Assembly (NCBI GenBank): GCA_963836075.1
Contig: CAWIIB010000009.1
Coordinates: 2,816,001-2,880,000, forward strand
From: an uncultured Acidobacteriota bacterium
GTDB taxonomy: Bacteria > Acidobacteriota > JAQAZP01
Reading direction: 5' to 3'
DNA length: 64,000 bases
The notes beneath the pieces are model-generated. The model was not told the origin of the DNA and did not search any database. It saw only the letters and a list, made by a program, of their open reading frames with translations. The position numbers and the translations under genes are program-made. Position 1 is the stretch's first letter, and every line of letters starts with the position of its first letter. Positions 11,542-20,753 of this stretch are shown in pieces.

Positions 11542-11640
11542 TTCAACCGGTTGAAATTCAAGGGAAAGTTGACCTCCAATCCACCATTATTTCGGTGATC
11601 CACCGTTTTTTCGGTTGAAATTCCACCGGAATTTCCGCAA
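11542..11640. promoter_or_regulatory. Candidate upstream activator sequences
   Basis: Perfect palindrome TTCAACCGGTTGAA (11542-11555); tandem TCCACC-N7-CGGTGA, TCCACC-N7-CGGTTGA and TCCACC-N7-CCGCAA (11580, 11599, 11622); CGGTTGAAATTC twice (11548, 11612). Confidence 0.55.
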
Positions 11641-11727
11641 CCAATTCAAGCCGTGGATCAGGAACCCACCAGCAAATACCTGAAAATAAAACGATTGTGG
11701 GACGCGCCGGGAACAGAACGATCTCGC

Positions 11728-11743
11728 GGGTACGGATCGTGCA
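11728..11743 (+). promoter_or_regulatory. Candidate sigma54 (-24/-12) promoter for the diguanylate cyclase
   Basis: GGGTACGGATCGTGCA has exact GG-N10-GC spacing, resembles TGGCACG-N4-TTGCA, and lies ~70 bp before the ATG. Confidence 0.6.
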
Positions 11744-11814
11744 GTAAACAGGACGTGCAATCAAAAACCGGAGGATTCGGAATAAGCTCCATTGGGGGAG
11801 GGTGAGTGCGCTTC

Positions 11815-12807
11815 ATGAGAATCAATGTGGCACTGTTTGGAGGTCTGGGAATATTGATCCTGCTGGCCGCTTTTGCCGTAACCCGTGGGCTCCCGTCGAC
11901 TGAACAGGACACGATCTATATCCTGATTTTCGGGGCGGCGGTTTTCGGGTTTGTGCTGTCCCAGAAGAAAAAGCTGGAGCGGAAGGAAGAATACAGCCGG
12001 ATGCTCGAGGTCCAGGTGCGGGAACGAACAGAGGAACTGGCCGAGCGCAACAAGGAACTCGAAGTGTTGAACGAGAAGTTCCTCGATGCCAGTCTCACCG
12101 ACCCGCTCACCGGCCTGTGGAACAGGCGCTACTTCTTCGAGCATATCGAGCAGGAAATTGGCGCCGTTCGGAGGCGCTTCGATCAGGCCTCGCGAACCGG
12201 CACCAAAGTCGACGATTCCGAACTGCTGTTCATGATGATCGACATCGATATCTTAAAGCAGGTCAATGACACCTATGGCCACGCCGCGGGCGACCGCGTG
12301 ATCCTGGCCTTCCGCGACGTGATGAGAGAAACCTGCCGCGACTCGGACATCCTGATCCGATGGGGTGGTGATGAGTTCCTGCTGCTGGGGCGTGGTTCGG
12401 ACCTGGGGAAGGCGCACAAACTTGCCGAGCGGCTCCGCTCCCGGATCATGGCCCACCCAGTGATGCTGGAGAACGGCCACACCGTGCAGGCCACCTGTTC
12501 CATCGGCTTCGCCTGCTTCCCCTTTCTCCGCTCACGGCCCCACCTCCATTCCTGGGGCAACGTGCTGCACCTTGCCGATACCGCTCTCTTCGTGGCCAAG
12601 AGAACCGGCCGCAACGCCTGGGTCGGTTTCCTGGGCGAGCAGCCCACCCTGGACGACGAGTCGGTGAGGAGCTGCGAAATCCTCTACGACAAGTTTCCGG
12701 AGAGTACGGTTCAGGGCGTTTGCACATCAATCCCCGGGGACACGGTGCTGATCTGGCCGGACAGTGAACAGACGAGGATGGACGACGAGATCCACAAGGT
12801 TTCCTGA
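11815..12807 (+). CDS. Membrane-anchored diguanylate cyclase
   Basis: Two TM helices, coiled coil, TDPLTGLWNRR, DID..KQVNDTYGHAAGD, RDSD I-site, RWGGDEF. Confidence 0.93.
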   Translation: MRINVALFGGLGILILLAAFAVTRGLPSTEQDTIYILIFGAAVFGFVLSQKKKLERKEEYSRMLEVQVRERTEELAERNKELEVLNEKFLDASLTDPLTGLWNRRYFFEHIEQEIGAVRRRFDQASRTGTKVDDSELLFMMIDIDILKQVNDTYGHAAGDRVILAFRDVMRETCRDSDILIRWGGDEFLLLGRGSDLGKAHKLAERLRSRIMAHPVMLENGHTVQATCSIGFACFPFLRSRPHLHSWGNVLHLADTALFVAKRTGRNAWVGFLGEQPTLDDESVRSCEILYDKFPESTVQGVCTSIPGDTVLIWPDSEQTRMDDEIHKVS

Positions 12808-12849
12808 ATCCCGGCCCGCCACCCCGACTCCTTCAATCCGTAACCGTTC

Positions 12850-14967
12850 TCAGTCCAGCCCCCGTTTGGCCAGCAGCGGTTCGATGCTCGGCTCGGCCCC
12901 GCGAAACTTCCTGTAGAGCACCATGGCATCGTCGGACTTGCCTTTGGACAGGATGTTGGTCCTGAACGACTGGGCCGTCTTGCGGTCGAAGAGACTGGTC
13001 TCCCGGAAGGCCTGGAAGGCGTCGGCGTCCAGCACCTCGGCCCAGACGTAGCTGTAGTACCCCGCAGCGTACATGCTGGAGAAGATGTGCCGGAAGTAGG
13101 TGGTGCGGTAACGGGGGAGAATCTCCGGGATCAGGCCGATACGGTCCATGGAGGCCTTTTCGAACTTCAGCACATCGGGGGCCTTGGCCTTGTCCAGGGT
13201 GTGCCAGTCCATGTCGAGGTAGCAGGCGGCGAGGTACTCCACGGTCTTGAAGCCCTGGTTGAAGTTGCGGGCGCTCTCCAGCTTGGCCACCAGTTCCAGG
13301 GGAATCACGTCCCCGGTCTGGTAGTGTTTGGCGTAGATGGCCAGCACTTCCGGTTTGAAGGCCCAGTTTTCCATGATCTGGGAGGGCAGTTCCACAAAGT
13401 CGATGGCCACGTCGGTGCCCGAGAGTCCGTCGTAGGTGATGTCGGAGAGCAGGCCGTGCAGGGCATGGCCGAACTCGTGGAACAGGGTCAGCACCTCGTC
13501 GACGCTGATCAGCGACGGCGTGTCCGCGGTGGGCTTGGAGAAGTTGCCCACGTTGTAGATCACCGGGGTGATCATCTTCCCCTCACGGCGCGACTGCTTG
13601 CGGAAGGCGTTCATCCAGGCGCCGCCCCGCTTGCCCGCCCTGGGGTAGTAGTCGGTGAACAGGATGCCGATGTGCGAGCCGTCGGCATCCTTGACCTCGA
13701 AGACCTTGACGTCCTCGTGGTAGGTGGCGATGTCGGCCCGTTCGCTGAACTGCAGGCCATACAGTTTTGTCGCCACGGCAAAGACGCCGTCGATCACGTT
13801 TTCCAGCTTGAAGTAGGGGCGCAGTTCCTCTTCGTCCAGGTCATATTTTGCCTTGCGCAGCTTCTCGGCGTAGTACCACCAGTCCCAGGAGGCCAGCTGG
13901 AATTCGAAGCCGTCGGCCTGCACCAGTTTTTGCATCTCGGCCACTTCCTGCTTGGCCACCTTGATCGCCGGGGCCCAGATCTGGTCCAGCAGCTTGTAGA
14001 CGTTTTCCGGTTTCTCGGCCATGTTCTCGTCAAGCTGGTAGTCGGCATAGGTGGGGAAGCCGAGCAGGCTGGCCTTCCTGAACCGCAGAACGGCAATTTT
14101 GGAGAGGATTTCCTTGTTGTCCCGGTCGTTGCCGTTGTTGCCCATCATCATCACCGCGGTGTAGATCTTTTCCCGCAGGTCGCGCCGCTGGGAATACTGG
14201 AGGAAGGGGATCCAGCTCGGCTTGTGCAGGGTGATGACCCACTTGCCCTTGTGGCCCCGTTCCCTGGCCGCCTCGGCCGCGGCGGCCACCACACCCTCGG
14301 GCAGTCCGGCCAGGTCCTCCTTCTCCAGCACCATCTCGAATGAGTTGGTTTCCTCGAGGAGGTTCTCGCCGAACTTGTTGGTCAGCACCGAGAGCTCCTC
14401 GTTGATCGCCCGCAGCTTCGTCTTGTCCTCGCCTTCGAGGTTCGCCCCGCCCCGGACGAAGTCGTTGTAGTACTTCTCCAGCAGCTTCTGCTGCTCCACG
14501 GTCAGCGGCAGGTCATCCTTTATCGCCTCCACCGCCTTGATCCGCTGGAACAGCGCCTGGTTCAGCTTGATGTCGTCCCGGTGCCGGGAGAGCAGCGGGG
14601 CCACCTCCTTGGCGATTGCCTGCATCTGGTCGTTGGTGTTGGCCGAGTTGAGGTTGTAAAAGGTTTTGGAGACCCGGTAGAGCAACGGCCCGCTCTCGTC
14701 CAGCGCCACGAGGGTGTTGCCGAAGGTGGGCGGCTCGGGGTTCGAGGCGATGGCCTCGATTTCAGCCGCATGATGCTCCATCCCGGCCTTGAAGGCGGGC
14801 ATGAAATGCTCTTCCTCGATCAGCGGGAAAGGAGGCACGCCAAAGGGGGTATTCCAGTCCGACAGCAGGGGGTTTGTCTTCACGGTCGCCTCCTCGGCCG
14901 CCCCCAGGCTGATCCCTGAGGCCAGCAGCACGAGAATCAGAATCGCGGGCAGAAATCTGATGGTCAT
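12850..14967 (-). CDS. dcp: Peptidyl-dipeptidase Dcp (M3A), exported
   Basis: Signal peptide; NPLL, KRGGAWM, HEFGHALH, DFVELPSQ, YAAGYYSYVWAE. Confidence 0.95.
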   Translation of the reverse strand: MTIRFLPAILILVLLASGISLGAAEEATVKTNPLLSDWNTPFGVPPFPLIEEEHFMPAFKAGMEHHAAEIEAIASNPEPPTFGNTLVALDESGPLLYRVSKTFYNLNSANTNDQMQAIAKEVAPLLSRHRDDIKLNQALFQRIKAVEAIKDDLPLTVEQQKLLEKYYNDFVRGGANLEGEDKTKLRAINEELSVLTNKFGENLLEETNSFEMVLEKEDLAGLPEGVVAAAAEAARERGHKGKWVITLHKPSWIPFLQYSQRRDLREKIYTAVMMMGNNGNDRDNKEILSKIAVLRFRKASLLGFPTYADYQLDENMAEKPENVYKLLDQIWAPAIKVAKQEVAEMQKLVQADGFEFQLASWDWWYYAEKLRKAKYDLDEEELRPYFKLENVIDGVFAVATKLYGLQFSERADIATYHEDVKVFEVKDADGSHIGILFTDYYPRAGKRGGAWMNAFRKQSRREGKMITPVIYNVGNFSKPTADTPSLISVDEVLTLFHEFGHALHGLLSDITYDGLSGTDVAIDFVELPSQIMENWAFKPEVLAIYAKHYQTGDVIPLELVAKLESARNFNQGFKTVEYLAACYLDMDWHTLDKAKAPDVLKFEKASMDRIGLIPEILPRYRTTYFRHIFSSMYAAGYYSYVWAEVLDADAFQAFRETSLFDRKTAQSFRTNILSKGKSDDAMVLYRKFRGAEPSIEPLLAKRGLD

Positions 14968-15165
14968 TTGTATTCTCCTGAAAAGCGTTTTTTCACCGAA
15001 CCGGGATTCTATACGAAATCTGCGCCACCGTCATCAGTGGTCGGCCTAAATGAGGGACAGGTGCTATTTATCCGAACATTTTTCGCATGGACTGTTGAGG
15101 GACGATCATTCGAGTGTAACTGGTTGACCGCATATCGAAGAGAATTTGGTCTCGGGTGTTGACGG

Positions 15166-16695
15166 CTAATCGAGGGCCGGTGTGGGCGAGGGGAGTGGCG
15201 CCTCGGAGGGCGGGCCCTGGGCCGCGCTGTCCGCTTCCCGTTCCAGTATCCGCCTGGTGATGATCGGTACGGAAAGGATGATCCAGAAGGTCGGCTTGCC
15301 CGCCGCCTCCAGCGTGGCCGCGCCCAGGAAATAGAGCGGAATGATCAGGGTCATCGCCTCGGTCAGGCTCCAGAGGAAGGTGCCTTCCTTGTCCCTGAGC
15401 AGCCGCCGGCTGATCAGCAGATCCCTGATGCAGAGCCCCATCAGCAGGGCAAAAATCAGGAACCCGATGATGCCGGTTTCACCGATCAGCTCCACATACT
15501 GGTTGTGTGCCCGGTAGCCGACACCTCTGAGGTTCCGGGCCACGTATCCGCGGGATTCCGTTTTTGAGGTCAGGTAGGGGATGTTCCCCGGCCCCACGCC
15601 GAAAATCGGGTTCATGGCCACCAGTTTGGGCAGCATCAGGGTCAGGCCGATCCGGTTGCTGATCGACCGGTCCTCACTGAGGTTCAGCCCTTTCACTTCG
15701 GAGATGCTGCTGAACCGGTCCACCACCCGCTCGGTGGCCAGCACGCTGAGAACCAGCAGCAGCACGGCTCCCCCGATGGCGATACGCCGCCACCCGATCC
15801 GCTTTCTGTAGCGGATCAGATACACGATGGTGGCCAGAATAAACAGGATCATGCCGGTTCTGGAGAGGGTCTGGGAGAGCAGGAACAGGAACAGAAAGAT
15901 AAAGAAAATGATCAGTCCCCGGTGCCAGGGACGGAGATCTTTCCACCAGAGCATGATGGCCAGTGTGAAAATGCAGAGCACCACCACCACGGCGTAGTTG
16001 TTCGGCTCCATGCCGTTCATCCCGCCGGCGCGGAAGGTCTGCGTCGCTTCCAGTCCCGACCCGTAATATCTCCCGGTGGTGAAGAGCTTGGAAGTGGTGA
16101 GCCGGGCGCCGATCATGGAGATCATCCCGCTGGCGGCCAGCAGAGCGATATAGCTCAGAAACATGAAGCCCAGCTGTTTCCTGTTGTCGATCAACTGGTA
16201 GATGAGGAAGAAGAGCAGGAAGTTGCCGATGAACTGGGGATACATGTGCATGGCGTAGGTCTTGTCCAGGGCCAGCAGTGCGCAGAGGGAGAACCAGATG
16301 CAGAACAGCAGGGCGACCCGGTTCTGGTCGTGGCGATGGAACGGGCCCCAGGTTTTCAGGACGAAGCGGTGCAGCAGCAGGCAGAGCAGGACCCAGAAGA
16401 CCAGGGCGCGGTTGACGGTGAAAAAGGGAATGGTGCCCACCACGAAGGCGAACAGCCGTTTGATGGTCAGCAGCAGGATCGCGGTGATGATGCCCCAGGT
16501 GGGCCGGAAGAAGAACAGCAGCAGCACCCCGGCCGCCACGAAGGGCAGCAGGATCAGGGGAATGGAGATGGAAAAGACCGCGGCCAGGGCCAGGAAAACA
16601 CCGACCAGCGCCAGGACCAGCCAGCCGGTGCCCTTCATGGTGCCGGCCGGTTCGCCCGTCAGGTTGGCCAAAGCGTTGTCTATCCGCTCCTGCAC
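15166..16695 (-). CDS. O-antigen ligase/Wzy_C family membrane protein
   Basis: Many TM segments; EPNNYA, TLSRTG, PIFGVGPG, AHNQYVELIGETGIIG. Confidence 0.85.
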   Translation of the reverse strand: MQERIDNALANLTGEPAGTMKGTGWLVLALVGVFLALAAVFSISIPLILLPFVAAGVLLLFFFRPTWGIITAILLLTIKRLFAFVVGTIPFFTVNRALVFWVLLCLLLHRFVLKTWGPFHRHDQNRVALLFCIWFSLCALLALDKTYAMHMYPQFIGNFLLFFLIYQLIDNRKQLGFMFLSYIALLAASGMISMIGARLTTSKLFTTGRYYGSGLEATQTFRAGGMNGMEPNNYAVVVVLCIFTLAIMLWWKDLRPWHRGLIIFFIFLFLFLLSQTLSRTGMILFILATIVYLIRYRKRIGWRRIAIGGAVLLLVLSVLATERVVDRFSSISEVKGLNLSEDRSISNRIGLTLMLPKLVAMNPIFGVGPGNIPYLTSKTESRGYVARNLRGVGYRAHNQYVELIGETGIIGFLIFALLMGLCIRDLLISRRLLRDKEGTFLWSLTEAMTLIIPLYFLGAATLEAAGKPTFWIILSVPIITRRILEREADSAAQGPPSEAPLPSPTPALD

Positions 16696-16821
16696 GATGG
16701 CCCTCCGCTCATGGCCGGAAGTGATTGCTTGCCAAGAGGTTGAATGTGTTGGTTTTCATATCGGAGCTATTATAGCAAATCTTTACCGGAAAGACCGCCT
16801 GCTTTTTTGCACCGGACCCAT

Positions 16822-16851
16822 TTGACTCTTTTTGCTTCCTCCTGTTTTAAT
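16822..16851 (+). promoter_or_regulatory. Sigma70-like promoter for the aminopeptidase-mannanase pair
   Basis: TTGACT-18 nt-TTTAAT, with extended -10 TG. Confidence 0.45.
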
Positions 16852-16913
16852 GCACTTTCCTGGCCCGCACGGCGGCCGCCCGGGACGGCGAACCAACCAA
16901 CGAGGAGAAGACG

Positions 16914-18104
16914 ATGAGTGTCGACATCAAACGTGAAGACCTGGAGAAATGGGCCGACTACCTGATCAACCACTCCATGGGCGGGGTGGGCCCGGGGGAC
17001 GTGGTGATGGTCAAGGGTGAGCACGTCTGCTGGCCGCTGATGTCGATCCTGCAGGACAAGATCTTCGCCGCCGGGGCCATCGTGGATCTCAACCTGGTGG
17101 CGCCGGACAACGACCGGGGCAAGGTCTGGGGGGCCTCCATGGCCCGTCACGGCAGCCTGGAGCAGATCGCGCAGGTGCCGGAATGGCAGATGCAGCGCTA
17201 CGAGGCGATGAACAAGTACATCGAGGTGCTGGGCGCCGAATCCCCCGAGCTGTTCGACAACCAGCCGGACGAGCTGGCCATGGCGGTGATGCGGGCCGAC
17301 GAACCGACGAAGACGGTCCGGCTGCTCAAGCAGTGGGTGATCACCCTCTATCCCACCCAGGGCTTCGCCGACATGGAGGAGATGAGCCTCGCCGACTACA
17401 CCGACGTGATCGTCTCCGCTTCCACCGTGGACCCCAAGCTGCTGGAGACCATCGAGGAGCCGATCCACCGGGCGATGACCGAGGCCGAAACCATCCGCCT
17501 GGTGACCCAGCACCCGGCCAGCGGCAAGAGCCTGGAGCTGTCGATGAACATCGGCGGGCGCAACGTGGTCATGTGCACCGGCCTGCGCAACTTCCCCGAC
17601 GGCGAGGTCTTCACCAGCCCCGATGCCCGCACCGTGGAGGGCGAGGTCTACGTCGACATGCCGGTCTTCCAGGGCGGCACCACCATCCAGGGGATCTACC
17701 TGCGGTTCGAGAAGGGCGTGATCCAGGAATACTCGGCGGAGAAGGGGAGTGAGGCGCTGGCCAAGATCATCGAGACCGACGAGGGCTCCCACCGGCTGGG
17801 CGAGGTGGCCCTGGGGATGAACTCGGGGATCAAGGAGGTGCTGCGCCACCCGCTCTTCGTGGAGAAGGTGGGGGGGACGGCGCACATCGCCATCGGCTCC
17901 AGCTATCCCGAGGCCTACGTGGATGACCCGTCCTCGGACTCCGGAAAGAAGGAGTGCGACCAGCTCCACGCCCGGGGTCTGCTCAACCGCTCGGCCCAGC
18001 ACGTGGACGTGGTCACCGACTTCCGGCCCGGCGGCACCGGCCGCGAGGTCTGGCTGGACAACACCCGGTTGTCTATCCGTGACGGCATCTGGGTGGTGGC
18101 CTGA
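16914..18104 (+). CDS. Aminopeptidase, M29 (AmpS/PepS/AmpT) family
   Basis: NFPDGEVFTSP, LGEVALG, EKVGGTAHIAIG, SAQHVD; GAGGAG RBS. Confidence 0.92.
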   Translation: MSVDIKREDLEKWADYLINHSMGGVGPGDVVMVKGEHVCWPLMSILQDKIFAAGAIVDLNLVAPDNDRGKVWGASMARHGSLEQIAQVPEWQMQRYEAMNKYIEVLGAESPELFDNQPDELAMAVMRADEPTKTVRLLKQWVITLYPTQGFADMEEMSLADYTDVIVSASTVDPKLLETIEEPIHRAMTEAETIRLVTQHPASGKSLELSMNIGGRNVVMCTGLRNFPDGEVFTSPDARTVEGEVYVDMPVFQGGTTIQGIYLRFEKGVIQEYSAEKGSEALAKIIETDEGSHRLGEVALGMNSGIKEVLRHPLFVEKVGGTAHIAIGSSYPEAYVDDPSSDSGKKECDQLHARGLLNRSAQHVDVVTDFRPGGTGREVWLDNTRLSIRDGIWVVA

Positions 18105-18107
18105 GAC

Positions 18108-19475
18108 ATGGCCGGGGCCGGCGTCCGGACAACGCTGCTGCGCCGGCTGGCGGCCAGCCTGCTGCTCTGCGCCGTGGCCTGCACCACGGCGCCGGATCAT
18201 GCCGCCCGCAACGGTGAAGACAGCGGTTTCATCACCGTCTCCGGCACCCGCTTCCTCATCCACGGCAGGCCGTACCGCTTTGCCGGCGTCAACTGCTGGT
18301 ACGGGATGAACCTCGCCTCGCCGGGGCCGGGAGGGGACCGGGCGCGGCTGGACCGGGAACTGGACCTGCTGCGTGACCTGGGGGTGACCAACCTGCGGGT
18401 GATGGCCGGCTCGGAGGGCCCGGACAGCGAACCCTGGCGGGTGGTCCCCGCGCTTCAGCCCGCCCCCGGCGTGTATGACCCGCAGCTGCTTGACGGCCTC
18501 GACTACCTGCTGGCCGCGGCGGCCCGGCGGGATCTGCGCCTCGTCCTCTGTCTCAACAACTTCTGGCCCTGGACCGGCGGCATGGCCCAGTATGTGGCCT
18601 GGGACAGCGGCGAGGCCATACCCTATCCAGCGGGGCCGGAGGCGGACTGGGGCCGCTACCAGGCCTTTGCCGCCCGGTTCTATTCCAGCGCCGGGGCCCG
18701 CGAGGCCTTCCGGCAGCACATTGCCGCCATTGTCCAGCGGGTCAACATCCACACCGGCATGGCCTATTGCGACGACCCGGTGATCATGGCCTGGGAGCTG
18801 GCCAACGAGCCGCGGGGCATGGGCAACGCGGAGGCGTTCAATGCCTGGATCGACGAGACGGCGGCCTACGTGAAATCTCTCGATCCGCGCCACCTGGTGA
18901 CCGCCGGCAGCGAAGGGGAGACGCCTCTGCCGCTGGTCAACGGTCTCGACTTCACTGCGAACCACGACGGGCCGGACATCGACTATGCCACGGTCCACAT
19001 CTGGCCCCAGAACTGGGGCTGGTACGATCCGCTGCAGCCGGAGGCAACCTGGCCCGGCGCCGAATCGCGGTCGCTGGAGTACCTGGAGCAGCACACAATG
19101 CTGGCCGCGGAGCTGGGGAAACCGCTGGTGCTGGAGGAGTTCGGCCTGGCCCGGGACAACGGCAGCTTCGATCCCGCCTCGTCCACCGGCCGCCGGGACG
19201 CCTTTTTCGCCACCATGTTCGCTGTGCTGGAAGCCGGCGCCGCTACAGCCGGCCCGCTGGCCGGCTGCAACATCTGGGCCTGGGCCGGCGAGGGGCTTCC
19301 GGCCCGTCCCGGCGGCCACTGGCGGGCCGGGGACCCCTGGACCGGCGACCCGCCCCACGAGCGCCAGGGCTGGTACGGCGTGTACAGCACTGATGCCGCC
19401 ACCCTGGCCTTGGTCCGCGGCGCAGCCCCGTTGCCGTCTCCCCGGGGCGCCCCCACCCCCACAATCGGCCATTGA
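18108..19475 (+). CDS. GH5 endo-beta-1,4-mannanase/mannosidase, probable lipoprotein
   Basis: WELANEP (acid/base), LEEFG (nucleophile), GDPPHERQGWY; lipobox-like AVAC. Confidence 0.88.
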   Translation: MAGAGVRTTLLRRLAASLLLCAVACTTAPDHAARNGEDSGFITVSGTRFLIHGRPYRFAGVNCWYGMNLASPGPGGDRARLDRELDLLRDLGVTNLRVMAGSEGPDSEPWRVVPALQPAPGVYDPQLLDGLDYLLAAAARRDLRLVLCLNNFWPWTGGMAQYVAWDSGEAIPYPAGPEADWGRYQAFAARFYSSAGAREAFRQHIAAIVQRVNIHTGMAYCDDPVIMAWELANEPRGMGNAEAFNAWIDETAAYVKSLDPRHLVTAGSEGETPLPLVNGLDFTANHDGPDIDYATVHIWPQNWGWYDPLQPEATWPGAESRSLEYLEQHTMLAAELGKPLVLEEFGLARDNGSFDPASSTGRRDAFFATMFAVLEAGAATAGPLAGCNIWAWAGEGLPARPGGHWRAGDPWTGDPPHERQGWYGVYSTDAATLALVRGAAPLPSPRGAPTPTIGH

Positions 19476-19500
19476 CCCGCGACCCATCCCCGCCTATAAT
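19472..19500 (+). promoter_or_regulatory. Sigma70 promoter of the antiporter operon
   Basis: TTGACC-17 nt-TATAAT. Confidence 0.8.
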
Positions 19501-19541
19501 TACAGCATTAATGCTATCTCATTGACGTCTAGGGAGTTACG

Positions 19542-20753
19542 ATGAACATTCGGCTCCTGCTGGCCATTGTCATCATCTCCGTCGTGGCCATTCTGGGCTC
19601 GCGGATCATCAGCCGCGGGCGGCGTCTGCCCTTGGGGCTGAACCACCTGCTGATCAGCGGCACCGCCTACATCTTCCTCGGCATGGCCCTGGGACGGTCG
19701 GGTCTAGACGTCTTTGACCAGGCCACCCTGACCCAGCTGCAGCCGGCCCTTCTCTTTGCCCTGGCCTGGATCGGCTTTCTATTCGGCCTGCAGTTCGAGG
19801 TGCGGCAGCTGCGCGGTCTGCCGCGGTTCTATTTCTCCATCACCGCGGTGCAGGCTCTGATCACCTTCGTGGTGGTCACCGTGCCGGTCTACCTGCTGCT
19901 GGACTGGCACTACCCGTCGTCATCGCCACTCTTTCTGCTCTCCCAGGCCGTGATTCTCGGCAGCACCGCCTGCTGCTCGGCCCAGTCAGCGCTGGCCATT
20001 GCTGCCCAGTCGCGCGACCTGGCCAACCGCCCGCTGCTGCAGCTGCTGCGCTATATCTCCAGCGTCGACGGCCTGTTCGGGCTCTTCTTCTTCGCCCTGG
20101 CCGTCGGCGCCATGACCGGGGCGGCCGGCCCCGGCTCGCTGGCCGCGGCGGCCGTCCAGTGGCTCTTCGCCACCCTGTTGATGGCCGGTGCGCCGGCGCT
20201 GATCCTGGTGGTGCTCAGCCGCACCCGCCTGGTTCGCCAGGAATTCCCGCTCTTCCTGGTGGGGGCGGTGATGCTCTGCGCCGGCATGGCCCACACCATC
20301 CACCACACCCCGCTGATCTCGGGCATGATCTGCGGGGTGCTGGTGGCCAACTTCAGCCGGCACCGCCTCCGTGCCCTGGCGGTGGTGATGCCCTCGGAGA
20401 AGCCGATCTACATCATCCTGCTGCTGATCATCGGCGCCGGCTGGCGCCTCTCCCTCGGTTTCAGCATTGTGGTGCTGGCGGTCTATTTCATCCTGCGGCT
20501 GCTGGGCAAACTGGTGGGGGTCCGGGCGGCCACCCTCGTCTTCCGGCCCCAGTACCCGGTGCCCGGGCGGCTTGGCCTGGGCCTGGTCTCCGAGGGGGGG
20601 CTGGCCATCGCCATCATCGTCAGCTTCCGCCTGCTCCACGCATCGGCCATGACCGACGCCATGGTCACCATCATCATCTTCTCGGTGCTCATCGGCGAGC
20701 TGGTGGGGCCGCGGCTGATTCTCGACCTCTTCAGCAGGGAGGAGAGGGGATGA
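19542..20753 (+). CDS. Cation:proton antiporter-fold membrane protein (subunit A)
   Basis: About 12 TM segments; WIGFLFGLQFE, LRLLGKLVG, GLGLVSEGGLAIA resemble Na_H_Exchanger family elements. Confidence 0.75.
   Translation: MNIRLLLAIVIISVVAILGSRIISRGRRLPLGLNHLLISGTAYIFLGMALGRSGLDVFDQATLTQLQPALLFALAWIGFLFGLQFEVRQLRGLPRFYFSITAVQALITFVVVTVPVYLLLDWHYPSSSPLFLLSQAVILGSTACCSAQSALAIAAQSRDLANRPLLQLLRYISSVDGLFGLFFFALAVGAMTGAAGPGSLAAAAVQWLFATLLMAGAPALILVVLSRTRLVRQEFPLFLVGAVMLCAGMAHTIHHTPLISGMICGVLVANFSRHRLRALAVVMPSEKPIYIILLLIIGAGWRLSLGFSIVVLAVYFILRLLGKLVGVRAATLVFRPQYPVPGRLGLGLVSEGGLAIAIIVSFRLLHASAMTDAMVTIIIFSVLIGELVGPRLILDLFSREERG

Noticed and set aside
16770-19487. Long antisense ORFs (also 9169-11100, 42414-45002, 50988-53315, 54926-57085, 60836-63445)
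   Set aside because: Shadow ORFs opposite well-supported genes, expected from high GC3 codon bias; they carry no motifs.
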